Below, one piece after another: positions 9,675-18,839 of a stretch of 64,000 nt of DNA. The notes under the pieces are model-generated. The model worked only from the letters and a program-made list of their open reading frames with translations, was not told the origin of the DNA and did no database searches. The stretch comes from a virus, in IMG/VR virus record IMGVR_UViG_3300050821_006637, positions 25,067 to 89,066 of that record; one strand, given 5' to 3'. Every line of letters begins with the position of its first letter. Positions within the stretch are counted from its first letter, which is position 1. The position numbers and the translations under genes were made by a program.

Positions 9675-11402
9675 ATGTTGAATTTCGTTAAGCAAGATGG
9701 TTGGAAGGTACTTGAACTAGGTAATGGAGGAGCTTCTCTCCCCAATATTGATGTAAGAGTGGATAAGAACCCTGTGGAGGGAGTCACTCACTTCTCTGCT
9801 AACTTAGATGCGGACGAGTGGCTGGAAATCGGCAGTGATGCCTTTGACCTCGTTGTCTGCCAGTGCTTTACAGAAGTAGCCACTCATCCTCTCTCTTTCC
9901 TCAAGCAAGTCCTCCGTATCCTCAAGCCAGGAGGGAATATTCTCTTTGAGGCGGAATATAGGAATGAAGTGGAGGAGGGTTCTTCTGTCCTCACTCCTTC
10001 TAAAGCCTCCAAGTTATTCACCTCTGCTGGATTCAAAGATGTCCTCCTTATGCCTGTTAGTGAAACGAGGATGAGCATAGAGGCGGAGAAGGGTTTGGGG
10101 GGGAAGCCTGTCGCCCAAGTGCCCGTAAACCCCCTAGAAAATGCACCAAACGTGCGAGGAGACACTCAAACACCCCAAGGGGTGTCAACCACCACCTTGC
10201 CTGTTGAGGCTGTTTCACAGCCTCCTACGCAACCGAGTAAGCCAGCGAGTGAGATTTACAACAGAAAGTATTTTGAGAGCTACCAAGGAGGAGGCTTTCT
10301 ATGGGATTTTCCTTCCAATGAACTCATCGCACGGAAACTCGTATCCACTTACTCTCCACAAAGTGTCCTTGAACTCGGTTGCTCACGCGGATATGTAATC
10401 AAGCGTCTCCAGGATAGAGGAATCCGTGTCCAAGGAGTGGACGTTAGCAAGCACGCTTGGATGACGAGGGTCTGCGACCCGATTATTATCCATGACTTAT
10501 TGGAATCGCCGTGGCCTCTCGGAAAGCAGGAATTTGATTTATGCTTTACGCAGAATCTGTTAGAGCACATTCCGGAAGCAAAGTTAGAAGTATTCGTAGA
10601 AGAGCTAAAGCGGGTTTCCAAGAGAGGCGTCCACGCTATCGTCTTCCAAGGAACCCCAGCTCAATTGGATTCCACACGCTGCACACTCAAAACCAAGGAT
10701 TGGTGGAAACGAATATTACCAGAGACGCATGAGGTAGTTGACCCGACGGAATTGACTGGTGATGGGACTCTGCCAGAGGACTATGTGAAGGGAGACGGGA
10801 AGATAAAGTTGAATCTCGGATGTGCCTTCACTATGTATCATAACGGGTGGCAGAGTCTGGACGTGATAGATGCCATTGGATTTTCGCAGGCTTTTGGATA
10901 CAACTTCAAGCGGCACGATATCAATCAAGGTCTCCCGTACTCCACTGGGGTAGTTGACTGCATCCAACTTCATCACGTGTTGGAGCACTTTTCTTACGCA
11001 GATGGTTTGAAGTTGTTAAGGGAGTGCAGAAGGGTGATACGGACAGACGGAGCGATGAGGATAGTAGTGCCTTCGACAAAGAAATTGTGTGAACTTTACG
11101 CCAGTGTATCTACCCATTTGCGAAAACTGGAAGAGTTTGATGAAGTAAATGAAGGTTGTTCTAAATCAGTTACAGACTCACAGCGTCTTTGGTCTGTATT
11201 AGGAGAAGGGCATCGTGCGTTTTATGATTTGGAAACAGCAGAGTATTTACTCAAGGAAAGTGGCTGGACTCCTTACTTATCTGCTTTCCGGTCCTCTTCG
11301 TCATCTGGGCACATTGCTCTCCAACAGATACAGAGAGAATGTGTGGAGTATGATTACGGCGGATTGAGCCTCTTCGTCAATGCTCTTCCTTCTGTGGGTT
11401 GA
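9675..11402 (+). CDS. Protein with three tandem class I SAM methyltransferase-like domains
   Basis: VLELGNGG...RILKPGG; VLELGCSRG...GVDVS...LLEHI; LNLGCA...HVLEHF...ECRRVIRTDG. Confidence 0.8.
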   Translation: MLNFVKQDGWKVLELGNGGASLPNIDVRVDKNPVEGVTHFSANLDADEWLEIGSDAFDLVVCQCFTEVATHPLSFLKQVLRILKPGGNILFEAEYRNEVEEGSSVLTPSKASKLFTSAGFKDVLLMPVSETRMSIEAEKGLGGKPVAQVPVNPLENAPNVRGDTQTPQGVSTTTLPVEAVSQPPTQPSKPASEIYNRKYFESYQGGGFLWDFPSNELIARKLVSTYSPQSVLELGCSRGYVIKRLQDRGIRVQGVDVSKHAWMTRVCDPIIIHDLLESPWPLGKQEFDLCFTQNLLEHIPEAKLEVFVEELKRVSKRGVHAIVFQGTPAQLDSTRCTLKTKDWWKRILPETHEVVDPTELTGDGTLPEDYVKGDGKIKLNLGCAFTMYHNGWQSLDVIDAIGFSQAFGYNFKRHDINQGLPYSTGVVDCIQLHHVLEHFSYADGLKLLRECRRVIRTDGAMRIVVPSTKKLCELYASVSTHLRKLEEFDEVNEGCSKSVTDSQRLWSVLGEGHRAFYDLETAEYLLKESGWTPYLSAFRSSSSSGHIALQQIQRECVEYDYGGLSLFVNALPSVG

Positions 11403-11426
11403 GAGTTAACTAGAAAAGGAGATGAA

Positions 11427-11861
11427 ATGATTCATTCTATTCAAGTTGGATGTGATGAGGATGGAGACAGAGGAGTGGTTCTTTACGAAGGTCCAGAATT
11501 CGTTAATCTGTCTAAGTTGAGTGATGATTTCTACAAAAGATTCGTCGTGCCTGAATCTGACTATCCTGAATGTGATGCTCCACTCCTCCCTCAAGAACCT
11601 CGGAATGACAATTCTGTTTCTTGTTGTTCTGGTTTCTTTACTGGATTCGAATTTAAGAATTACGATCACCAGTCAAAGGAATACAAGGCATACGAAAAGG
11701 AATGTAATAGAATAAGGAATGCCTGGGTTAAGGAACGAGAAGACAGAATAAAAGAGGCGAAGAAGACCTATCCTGGAAAGGAACTTTTTGATATGTTCCT
11801 TTCCTACTTGGAAATTGAGCACGGATTCAAAAAAGTTCCGTGTAGGGAGTGGAACCTCTAA
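11427..11861 (+). CDS. Hypothetical protein
   Basis: AAGGAG RBS; 144-aa ORF. Confidence 0.6.
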   Translation: MIHSIQVGCDEDGDRGVVLYEGPEFVNLSKLSDDFYKRFVVPESDYPECDAPLLPQEPRNDNSVSCCSGFFTGFEFKNYDHQSKEYKAYEKECNRIRNAWVKEREDRIKEAKKTYPGKELFDMFLSYLEIEHGFKKVPCREWNL

Positions 11862-11873
11862 ATCCATCACAGA

Positions 11874-11914
11874 TTGACCCCTACCCCACTCTATCCATAA
11901 ACTAGAGTGGGGTA
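11874..11914 (+). promoter_or_regulatory. Sigma70-like promoter overlapped by a perfect 12-bp inverted repeat
   Basis: TTGACC (11874) - 18 nt - TAAACT (11898); TACCCCACTCTA / TAGAGTGGGGTA arms flank the -10 box. Confidence 0.5.
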
Positions 11915-11937
11915 TTTTATTTACTGGGGTCTCTTTC

Positions 11938-14900
11938 ATGTCTCCCAAACCTCTTCCTCGCTTACCTAGTGTCCGTCCCTCTCCATATCGAACCAAATCC
12001 CTCTCTAAAGCCTGGGGACATTCCAGCGAATATTCCCCCGACCTCTATTCTGCGATGGATTTTGATGGTGATGTGAAACGAGGCTTGATACCAGTAAAGA
12101 ACATCGCCCAACCGAATGACTTCTGGTGTCATCCCTGCTGTGTGGCGATGATTTGTCACTACTGGGGAGTAGGACCGAAAAACGTCGCCTCTATCGCCAA
12201 AGCCCTCGGCACGACAAGGAAGTATTCCACAGACCCCAGAAAAGAAGTTCAATTCTACAAATCTCTCGGATTACAAGTAGAAGATAAGCATGAGATGACT
12301 TTGGAGCATCTCATGCACTATTGGAAGATTGGATGGCCTTGTCAAATACTTTTACAAGAATATGGAGACCCGACAGAGGAGGAGAAACATCCCGACGCCA
12401 AGAAACACGGAGCTACGAGTAAGGATGACGAGGCTGCCTATGACTACGGACACTCTGTCGTCTATGTGGGAGGACCAGCTCTTGGTCTCATCTTTTGCCA
12501 AGATCCCAGCCTCGAAAATATTATGAGTAACGAAGGGGGTGACGAGGCGAAGGGGTTGATGCCCATTCCTGTTTTGAAGTTCCTCAAGGTATGGCACGAC
12601 AGAGACCAGTGGGGTCATCAATATGTGCGATATGGAATCGCCGTCGGTCCTCCTCGTTGTGTTTCAACTAAAGGACTCAAGTCTCAAGTCGTTGCCGTCC
12701 CTGGTCGCTCTAACCAGCAGATAGCCAAGACACCATTGAGCGGAGGAAATCTTTTTGGGCAGACTCCTGAGACGGAGGAAATGCGTCCTGTCTGGTACGG
12801 AACTGGAGAGGGGAGGAATCCAAAGAACCCAGAATTGACGGAAGACCACCCAAAGCACAGATTGAAGAGTTTAGAGAAGAGTGATGGACATAAGCCTACT
12901 CTTGCTGTTGACTTAGATGGAACCCTCGCCGAGTATGATGGATGGAAGGGAGAGGAGCACTTTGGAAAACCTCGTCAAGGTGCCAAAGATGCGATGCAAG
13001 CCTTCAAGCAAAGAGGCTACGAAATCATCATCTTTACGACACGAGGCAACACAGAATTAGTCCGTCAATGGTTGAATGAGAATGGAATAGTCTTTGATTA
13101 CATAAATGAGAATCCCCACCAGCCAGAAGGTTCCAACGACGGAAAGCCGATTGCCGACCTTTATATAGATGACAGAGCAGTGGATGCCAGAGGCGAGTGG
13201 AGTAAGATAGTCTCCGAAGTTGAAAGAAGGCTACGAAGTAAGCCAGAGGAAAAGAAATCAAAGTTCTCCTCCACGCAGTTCAACCTCGCAGAAGCAGGCT
13301 ATCCCCGCTCCCAAGGTTCTCCCCTTGAAAAGATAAAAGAACTCCAAGATAGAATCTCGGATGACGATTTGGCGGATGATGGTAAAGAGAAGGAGCACCA
13401 CGTCACCTGTCTCTATGGTATTCATTCTGAGAACCCAGAAGAAGTGAAGAAGGTGGTAGAGCACTGGGTGAGGCATCATTCAAGGACTATCTATGCCAAG
13501 TTAGGTGAAGTCTCCATCTTTGCAGGTGGTGAGGATAAAGATTACGATGTGATTAAGATTGACGTGGAGAGTGAGGATTTGCACTCTTTGAATAAGATAC
13601 TCAAAGAAAGTTTAGAGCACACGGACACCCATCCTACTTATCATCCACACTTGACGCTTGCCTATGTGAAGAAGGGGATGGGAGAGCAGTACGCTCAAGG
13701 TTTGAATGGGATGTGGAGTCCTGGGCACGAACTCCTCTTCCACAAACTCCATTTCTCAGATAAGGATAGAAAGCACACGATAATTGACCTTTGGGACTTG
13801 GCGAAGAATGAAGTCCCTTCCAAGTGTCTCCTCTGCGGCAGTCATAAAATCAAGGCTTTCCAAGATGGTGAGCCAGGATGGAGATGCACAGAAGCTCCTT
13901 GTGAGTGGTCGTTGACTCAAGCGGGAGCACCGAATGACCATATGGAGGCTCCTGGCGGGATGACTGTCATCCAAAACCAGGAACCTTGGGAACGGAGCGG
14001 AGGAGAGAATCAACACTGGGAGAGGGACGGACAACTCTTTTACTTCGGTCCCTCATTCCAAAATCCTTCGTATCCAAACTATCCTAGAAAGAAGGATTTG
14101 GATGAAGCCGAGGGTACACAGCAGCCGAAAACAGAGGAACCGAAGCAAGTAGAACAGCCAGAACAGGCAAGACAACCAGAGCAACAACCATCTGTTCCAG
14201 TTGAAAGGTCAAATCAATCTATAGAACCACTACAACAGGATAAAGTAGAATCTGCCCCAGTGCAACAGGATGACTCGGAAGAAATTCATCATACCATTGG
14301 AAAATGGATAGATGACAGATATGCGGATAAATTTGCTGAATATGCGTCGGCTGTTCCACAGGTTCGTAACTGGTTGAAATGGGTTGGACAGCAACCAGCT
14401 TCTGGAGAAAGCGGTATTAATGAGGCTGTTTGGGTAGAGGATGCAGATGTAGTTTCCAATATGGTGATGGCATCCCAACAGAATCCAGCCATCCTTAATG
14501 AAATCCGTCCTGGCTTTGGGCATATGAAGATAAGAGAGGAAAAACAGAAACAGCAGCAGGCAACCCTTCCACTTCTCGTCCCAATAAAAGACCCTAAGAA
14601 CTTCGGACAGATTTTGAATAGAGGACAAACGGCTGGAGGATTGGCGATTCCTCTAAACATTAGTATGGAGAAGCGTTCCTATCCTCCAGAGATTGGGCAG
14701 TTCGTTGTTTTTAGAAACCCAGAAGGAGAAACCATTCAACTTGGCAGGATAAAAGATGTCCAGCCAAGAGAGAACAAGTGGGATATTAAGATAGAGCCGC
14801 AGTATAGACAAGAGTTTGAAAAGGATGAACTGGAGGCTTATGAAAATGGGCTCAATGCAGGGTACTCCCCAACTGACGAACTACCATTCCCAAAGGAACC

Positions 14901-17900
14901 TAAACTTGCTCAACTCTTTTATGCAGGGGTGTATGACCGACGGAACTATCGTATTCCGGGTTCTGCCCTCGGTACACCTGCTTGGGGAGGTGACGTAAGA
15001 GAGTTTTGGGATGGATGGTATGCTTTGGAATCACATCGTTCCATTTTTTCCTATCTAAAACATTATAGACCAGATATCCTAGATGAAAGTGACCCTAGTT
15101 CTGCTAATACATTGGCAACCCAATTAAATCCAATAGTAGAAGAATCATGGTTTCAGGAATTAAGAAAGAATCCTTATGCTGGGAAATTAGATTACGAACG
15201 GATAGTAGAAGGAGTCATCAACACTAGATTCCCAAAAGCCTCTAAATCCCTCCATATCAAATCTCAACAGACTTGTCCCGACGGCACTCCTCGCGACAGA
15301 AACACGAATAGTTGTGACGGACATAATGTTCCTATCGTCACAGAAATGGGAATAGAGCAGGGAGACCATCACATTGGTGGGGAGATCCCCTCAAGTGGCA
15401 AAGGTTATATTCAGCCAGGATTAGATGCCTCTGCGGGCATTCCCAATGATTATCCACAAGAATGGGTCTTCTACCTCCAAGCCTATAACCGATGGCGAGT
15501 GAAGCCTGATATATTAGGTGAGAGAAGATTGCGGATGGGGTATGAGAGGAGAAAGTCTCCGCAGGATATGGCATTACAGAATGATGAGGAGTGGAGATTA
15601 AAGGAGCAGAATAATACCTTTGAAAGCCAGATGGAATTAGTTAAGAACCCGATGGGGAATGCTTTAGAGCAGGTGATGGAAAAGAGAATCACTTGTCCCA
15701 ATGGCACTCCTCGTCCTTATGGCAGTGACACCTGTTCTGGCAGACAAGCAGATTCATGGGATGGAGTAGTAGATAAGAATAACAAGCCTGGATGGGCAGA
15801 ATATCCAGACTATGCTCCTGTCTCTGGTGTTGATACACGGAAGCCAAAGGACAGAGAAGAACCTGTCGTTGGACGAAGAAGATTCTTTAATAAAAAGGAT
15901 ATGGAGGAAGGACAATCTGCACAGCCAGCAGAACCGAAGGTAGAAGAACCCAGCACTCCTCATGGATGGGGAACTGCGGGGGATGAGCCTGTTGCTCCTA
16001 TTCCACACGAGATACCGGAAGATGAGAATCCTCCTTCTCCAGCACAAGGGATGAGGAGGATGTATAGAGGAACTAGAGGGGGTGAACTGCCACACGAACA
16101 CGCCTACTTCTCAGACGAAAGAGGGCTTCCAGGCGTCGCTCGTGCCTTCGCTAAAGTTCCTGGCAGACGATTAGTCTATGTGGATGTGCCAGAAGAGATA
16201 GCACAGCAAGGATTACAGACAGGAGCAGTGACAGAGGGAGAATATAAATTACCAGAGGAGTACAGACGCCAAGTTCGGTATATGAAGTTCTTTAGTACGA
16301 AACGTGCGCCATATCCGAATCAACATCTCTGCCCCGATGGAACTCCTATGCCTCCAGGCACTGGGACGTGTGCTGGAAGAGAAGGTTGGGTTCCGTGGAC
16401 AGAAGAGCAGAGGCAGCAGTTCACTTTGCAGGAGCCACCGAAAGGACCGAAGCCTTATCAACAAGCACCGATGAGGGGGAAGTACCCAAACAATCCTTCT
16501 GTTCGTCTGTCTCCCTACTCTACGAAACATTTGGATGAGCAGGGTGGAGAAGTTCCACCCAGAGGACAGATGAAGGAAGCGGAGAAGTATGACTTCGTCA
16601 CCCTGCCTAAAGATGTTTCTGGGACGAACTGCGGAAATTGTCTATTCGTCAAGGAGAAAGGGGAGGGACACATCTGTGGTCATCCCAAGCTCTATGGCTT
16701 GCCAGTGAATGAGAACAACTGCTGTGCGTTATGGGATGCGAAGAGTACGATGCGAGCGTGGGAAAAGAAACTCTGTCCCAACGGCACTCCTCTTCCTCGT
16801 GGCATTGGCACTTGTGCAGGACGTGGATTGCCAATGCACTTTCACGATAACGAAAATTATAATTCCGTTGCAGCAGGACCAGACCACGTAGAAAGTCCCG
16901 AAGTGCTTGAGGGACAGGATTGGAAGTCTTTAGAGAAAGCGATGTCCTGGCTCGCCTCCGGGAGCGGAGGTGATTTAGTAGATGAACCAGAATGGAAAGG
17001 TCCTCGTCCCAAGAAAGTCAAGTCCTCTCCTTATTCAAAGATGCTTTACAGAACCAAGGCAGAACCTCCGTATACGGGTGTATTCAAAGATTCATTGGGA
17101 CGGAATACCTGTTATCAAAACGGAGTCAAAGTTTCCTGCGTCCAAATGGGCATAGAGGAAGACCCAGAGCCAGAACAAAGTAATTCCCTCTTGGCAGGCA
17201 CTCAACACGCGGGAGGGGCAGCGAGTAATGAATCCCCGACGATGTATGGAGGGGCCGGAGGTTCCGTCACTCAAGTAAGATACGCTTTGATATTTGATAG
17301 TAAGGGTAGGCTGTTGGTGAATGAGGAGGATATGGAGTTGGGAGGATTCGTTTGGCAGATTCCAGGCACCACGGAACAGGAGGTAGAGAAGGGGATAAAA
17401 GAGCAGACGGATTTGAAAGTGAACTTATTTGGAAAGTTGGGAGATGCTGGTAGTGGACAAGGGTATTATCTATTTGAAGTGAAGGAACAGAAGAGACAGG
17501 GACGAAAGGCACTTGAGCCAATAGAGCCTGCGGAACCAGAGGAGCCCAAAGAGACGGAGACAGAATCGCCGAAAGAACAAAAGACAGAGGAGCCATCTTC
17601 TTTCTCTCCACCTGTGCAGAATGAACCAGTAGAAAGGGACTGGGGTGATGATTTTCCAGAAGAGGGGTCATATGGTCTAAGGATGCCCGAGCCTAAACCT
17701 TCTCAACTAGAAGTTCAACAAGAGATAGATGCAGAGCCATCTTGGGGCGAATCCCCACGGACGGAGGAATTACAGTTAATCTATCAACACGCTGAGCAGT
17801 ATAAAACACAAAGAGCACAAACAAGTAATTATGATATTGAATTACCAAGTGACGAGGAAATAGCTACAGGACAGTACGAGTCATTTGGAACTGGAAGTCT

Positions 17901-18642
17901 CCATCAACTAGAAATCGGTAAGCTAATCATTAATGGGGCGTCTTATTTTACGAAAGGATTGCCAAAAGACAAGACTGTTAATGAGATAATGGCTAATAGA
18001 TTAGGTCACATTGCTGGGGTTCCTGTCCCGTCTGTCCGGCAAGTTAATTTGATGCATCTGCCTCGAGAATCTGAAGCACCCGATATAGCTATTCTAACGC
18101 CGTGGCTAGAGGGACAGACAGTAGAAGAGATAATGACTGGGGTTTCTACTCTAACAGAAGAAATGGGCAGTGATAGAAGTTATGGAATGGATTTCCTAGA
18201 ACAAATCGTCCAACCAGGAGATGTAGACTTACAGATACTCTTTTCCTTTTTAGCAGGATTACAAGATAGGCATTTGGGAAATTATATGGTTTCTGGAGGT
18301 AGATTAATCTCCATTGACCATGAATGGATGAGACGGGATGACACTCAAGAAAAGTTCCATAGCATTGGAGAAGATGACTTGTTATTCCTTTTATCCCAAC
18401 AGATGTATGGTTCACCTCCTTATAGGGTAGATGACATTCCTTTGAGTCAAGATATTGCTAAGATACTAGCTTCTAAAAAGGAGGAATATATTGCAGCGTG
18501 GAAAGAGGTAGACCCAACAGAATTAGGATTAGATTCTTTCTTAAAACGACTAGAGGTACTTGAGAGATTTAGCGAATCTGAGGATAATACCTATAAGACC
18601 CTATCCTCAATCTCTAGACAGATATTCGGAATACCAAAATGA
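11938..18642 (+). CDS. 2234-aa multidomain polyprotein: C39-like peptidase, HAD phosphatase, Acb1-like 2H phosphoesterase, ART-like, HiPIP-like, Nudix-like, C-terminal HipA/PI3-4K-like kinase
   Basis: QPNDFWC...GHSVV...QDPS; AVDLDGTL...YIDDRA; HVT...HLT; YRG..YFS..EGEY; NCGNC...C...CCALW; QDRHLGNY...IDHE. Confidence 0.85.
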   Translation: MSPKPLPRLPSVRPSPYRTKSLSKAWGHSSEYSPDLYSAMDFDGDVKRGLIPVKNIAQPNDFWCHPCCVAMICHYWGVGPKNVASIAKALGTTRKYSTDPRKEVQFYKSLGLQVEDKHEMTLEHLMHYWKIGWPCQILLQEYGDPTEEEKHPDAKKHGATSKDDEAAYDYGHSVVYVGGPALGLIFCQDPSLENIMSNEGGDEAKGLMPIPVLKFLKVWHDRDQWGHQYVRYGIAVGPPRCVSTKGLKSQVVAVPGRSNQQIAKTPLSGGNLFGQTPETEEMRPVWYGTGEGRNPKNPELTEDHPKHRLKSLEKSDGHKPTLAVDLDGTLAEYDGWKGEEHFGKPRQGAKDAMQAFKQRGYEIIIFTTRGNTELVRQWLNENGIVFDYINENPHQPEGSNDGKPIADLYIDDRAVDARGEWSKIVSEVERRLRSKPEEKKSKFSSTQFNLAEAGYPRSQGSPLEKIKELQDRISDDDLADDGKEKEHHVTCLYGIHSENPEEVKKVVEHWVRHHSRTIYAKLGEVSIFAGGEDKDYDVIKIDVESEDLHSLNKILKESLEHTDTHPTYHPHLTLAYVKKGMGEQYAQGLNGMWSPGHELLFHKLHFSDKDRKHTIIDLWDLAKNEVPSKCLLCGSHKIKAFQDGEPGWRCTEAPCEWSLTQAGAPNDHMEAPGGMTVIQNQEPWERSGGENQHWERDGQLFYFGPSFQNPSYPNYPRKKDLDEAEGTQQPKTEEPKQVEQPEQARQPEQQPSVPVERSNQSIEPLQQDKVESAPVQQDDSEEIHHTIGKWIDDRYADKFAEYASAVPQVRNWLKWVGQQPASGESGINEAVWVEDADVVSNMVMASQQNPAILNEIRPGFGHMKIREEKQKQQQATLPLLVPIKDPKNFGQILNRGQTAGGLAIPLNISMEKRSYPPEIGQFVVFRNPEGETIQLGRIKDVQPRENKWDIKIEPQYRQEFEKDELEAYENGLNAGYSPTDELPFPKEPKLAQLFYAGVYDRRNYRIPGSALGTPAWGGDVREFWDGWYALESHRSIFSYLKHYRPDILDESDPSSANTLATQLNPIVEESWFQELRKNPYAGKLDYERIVEGVINTRFPKASKSLHIKSQQTCPDGTPRDRNTNSCDGHNVPIVTEMGIEQGDHHIGGEIPSSGKGYIQPGLDASAGIPNDYPQEWVFYLQAYNRWRVKPDILGERRLRMGYERRKSPQDMALQNDEEWRLKEQNNTFESQMELVKNPMGNALEQVMEKRITCPNGTPRPYGSDTCSGRQADSWDGVVDKNNKPGWAEYPDYAPVSGVDTRKPKDREEPVVGRRRFFNKKDMEEGQSAQPAEPKVEEPSTPHGWGTAGDEPVAPIPHEIPEDENPPSPAQGMRRMYRGTRGGELPHEHAYFSDERGLPGVARAFAKVPGRRLVYVDVPEEIAQQGLQTGAVTEGEYKLPEEYRRQVRYMKFFSTKRAPYPNQHLCPDGTPMPPGTGTCAGREGWVPWTEEQRQQFTLQEPPKGPKPYQQAPMRGKYPNNPSVRLSPYSTKHLDEQGGEVPPRGQMKEAEKYDFVTLPKDVSGTNCGNCLFVKEKGEGHICGHPKLYGLPVNENNCCALWDAKSTMRAWEKKLCPNGTPLPRGIGTCAGRGLPMHFHDNENYNSVAAGPDHVESPEVLEGQDWKSLEKAMSWLASGSGGDLVDEPEWKGPRPKKVKSSPYSKMLYRTKAEPPYTGVFKDSLGRNTCYQNGVKVSCVQMGIEEDPEPEQSNSLLAGTQHAGGAASNESPTMYGGAGGSVTQVRYALIFDSKGRLLVNEEDMELGGFVWQIPGTTEQEVEKGIKEQTDLKVNLFGKLGDAGSGQGYYLFEVKEQKRQGRKALEPIEPAEPEEPKETETESPKEQKTEEPSSFSPPVQNEPVERDWGDDFPEEGSYGLRMPEPKPSQLEVQQEIDAEPSWGESPRTEELQLIYQHAEQYKTQRAQTSNYDIELPSDEEIATGQYESFGTGSLHQLEIGKLIINGASYFTKGLPKDKTVNEIMANRLGHIAGVPVPSVRQVNLMHLPRESEAPDIAILTPWLEGQTVEEIMTGVSTLTEEMGSDRSYGMDFLEQIVQPGDVDLQILFSFLAGLQDRHLGNYMVSGGRLISIDHEWMRRDDTQEKFHSIGEDDLLFLLSQQMYGSPPYRVDDIPLSQDIAKILASKKEEYIAAWKEVDPTELGLDSFLKRLEVLERFSESEDNTYKTLSSISRQIFGIPK

Positions 18643-18839
18643 AGATAGAAGTTCACTTTCGAGACCAAATTATCGGCACAGGCACCAGCCGAGGGAATGA
18701 AGTCTTTTGGGAAGGTGAAGGCTCCAACCGAATAAAAATGATTGCCGCCCATTATGAACGACAAGGGTTCAAAGGAGACGTTCTACTCCAAAAGATGTTA
18801 GAAAGACTCCAAGGAATGTGGTGGGCTCAAGAAATATGA
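18639..18839 (+). CDS. Small kinase-associated protein (partner 1)
   Basis: ATGA overlaps on both sides; resembles 22392..22646. Confidence 0.65.
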   Translation: MKIEVHFRDQIIGTGTSRGNEVFWEGEGSNRIKMIAAHYERQGFKGDVLLQKMLERLQGMWWAQEI

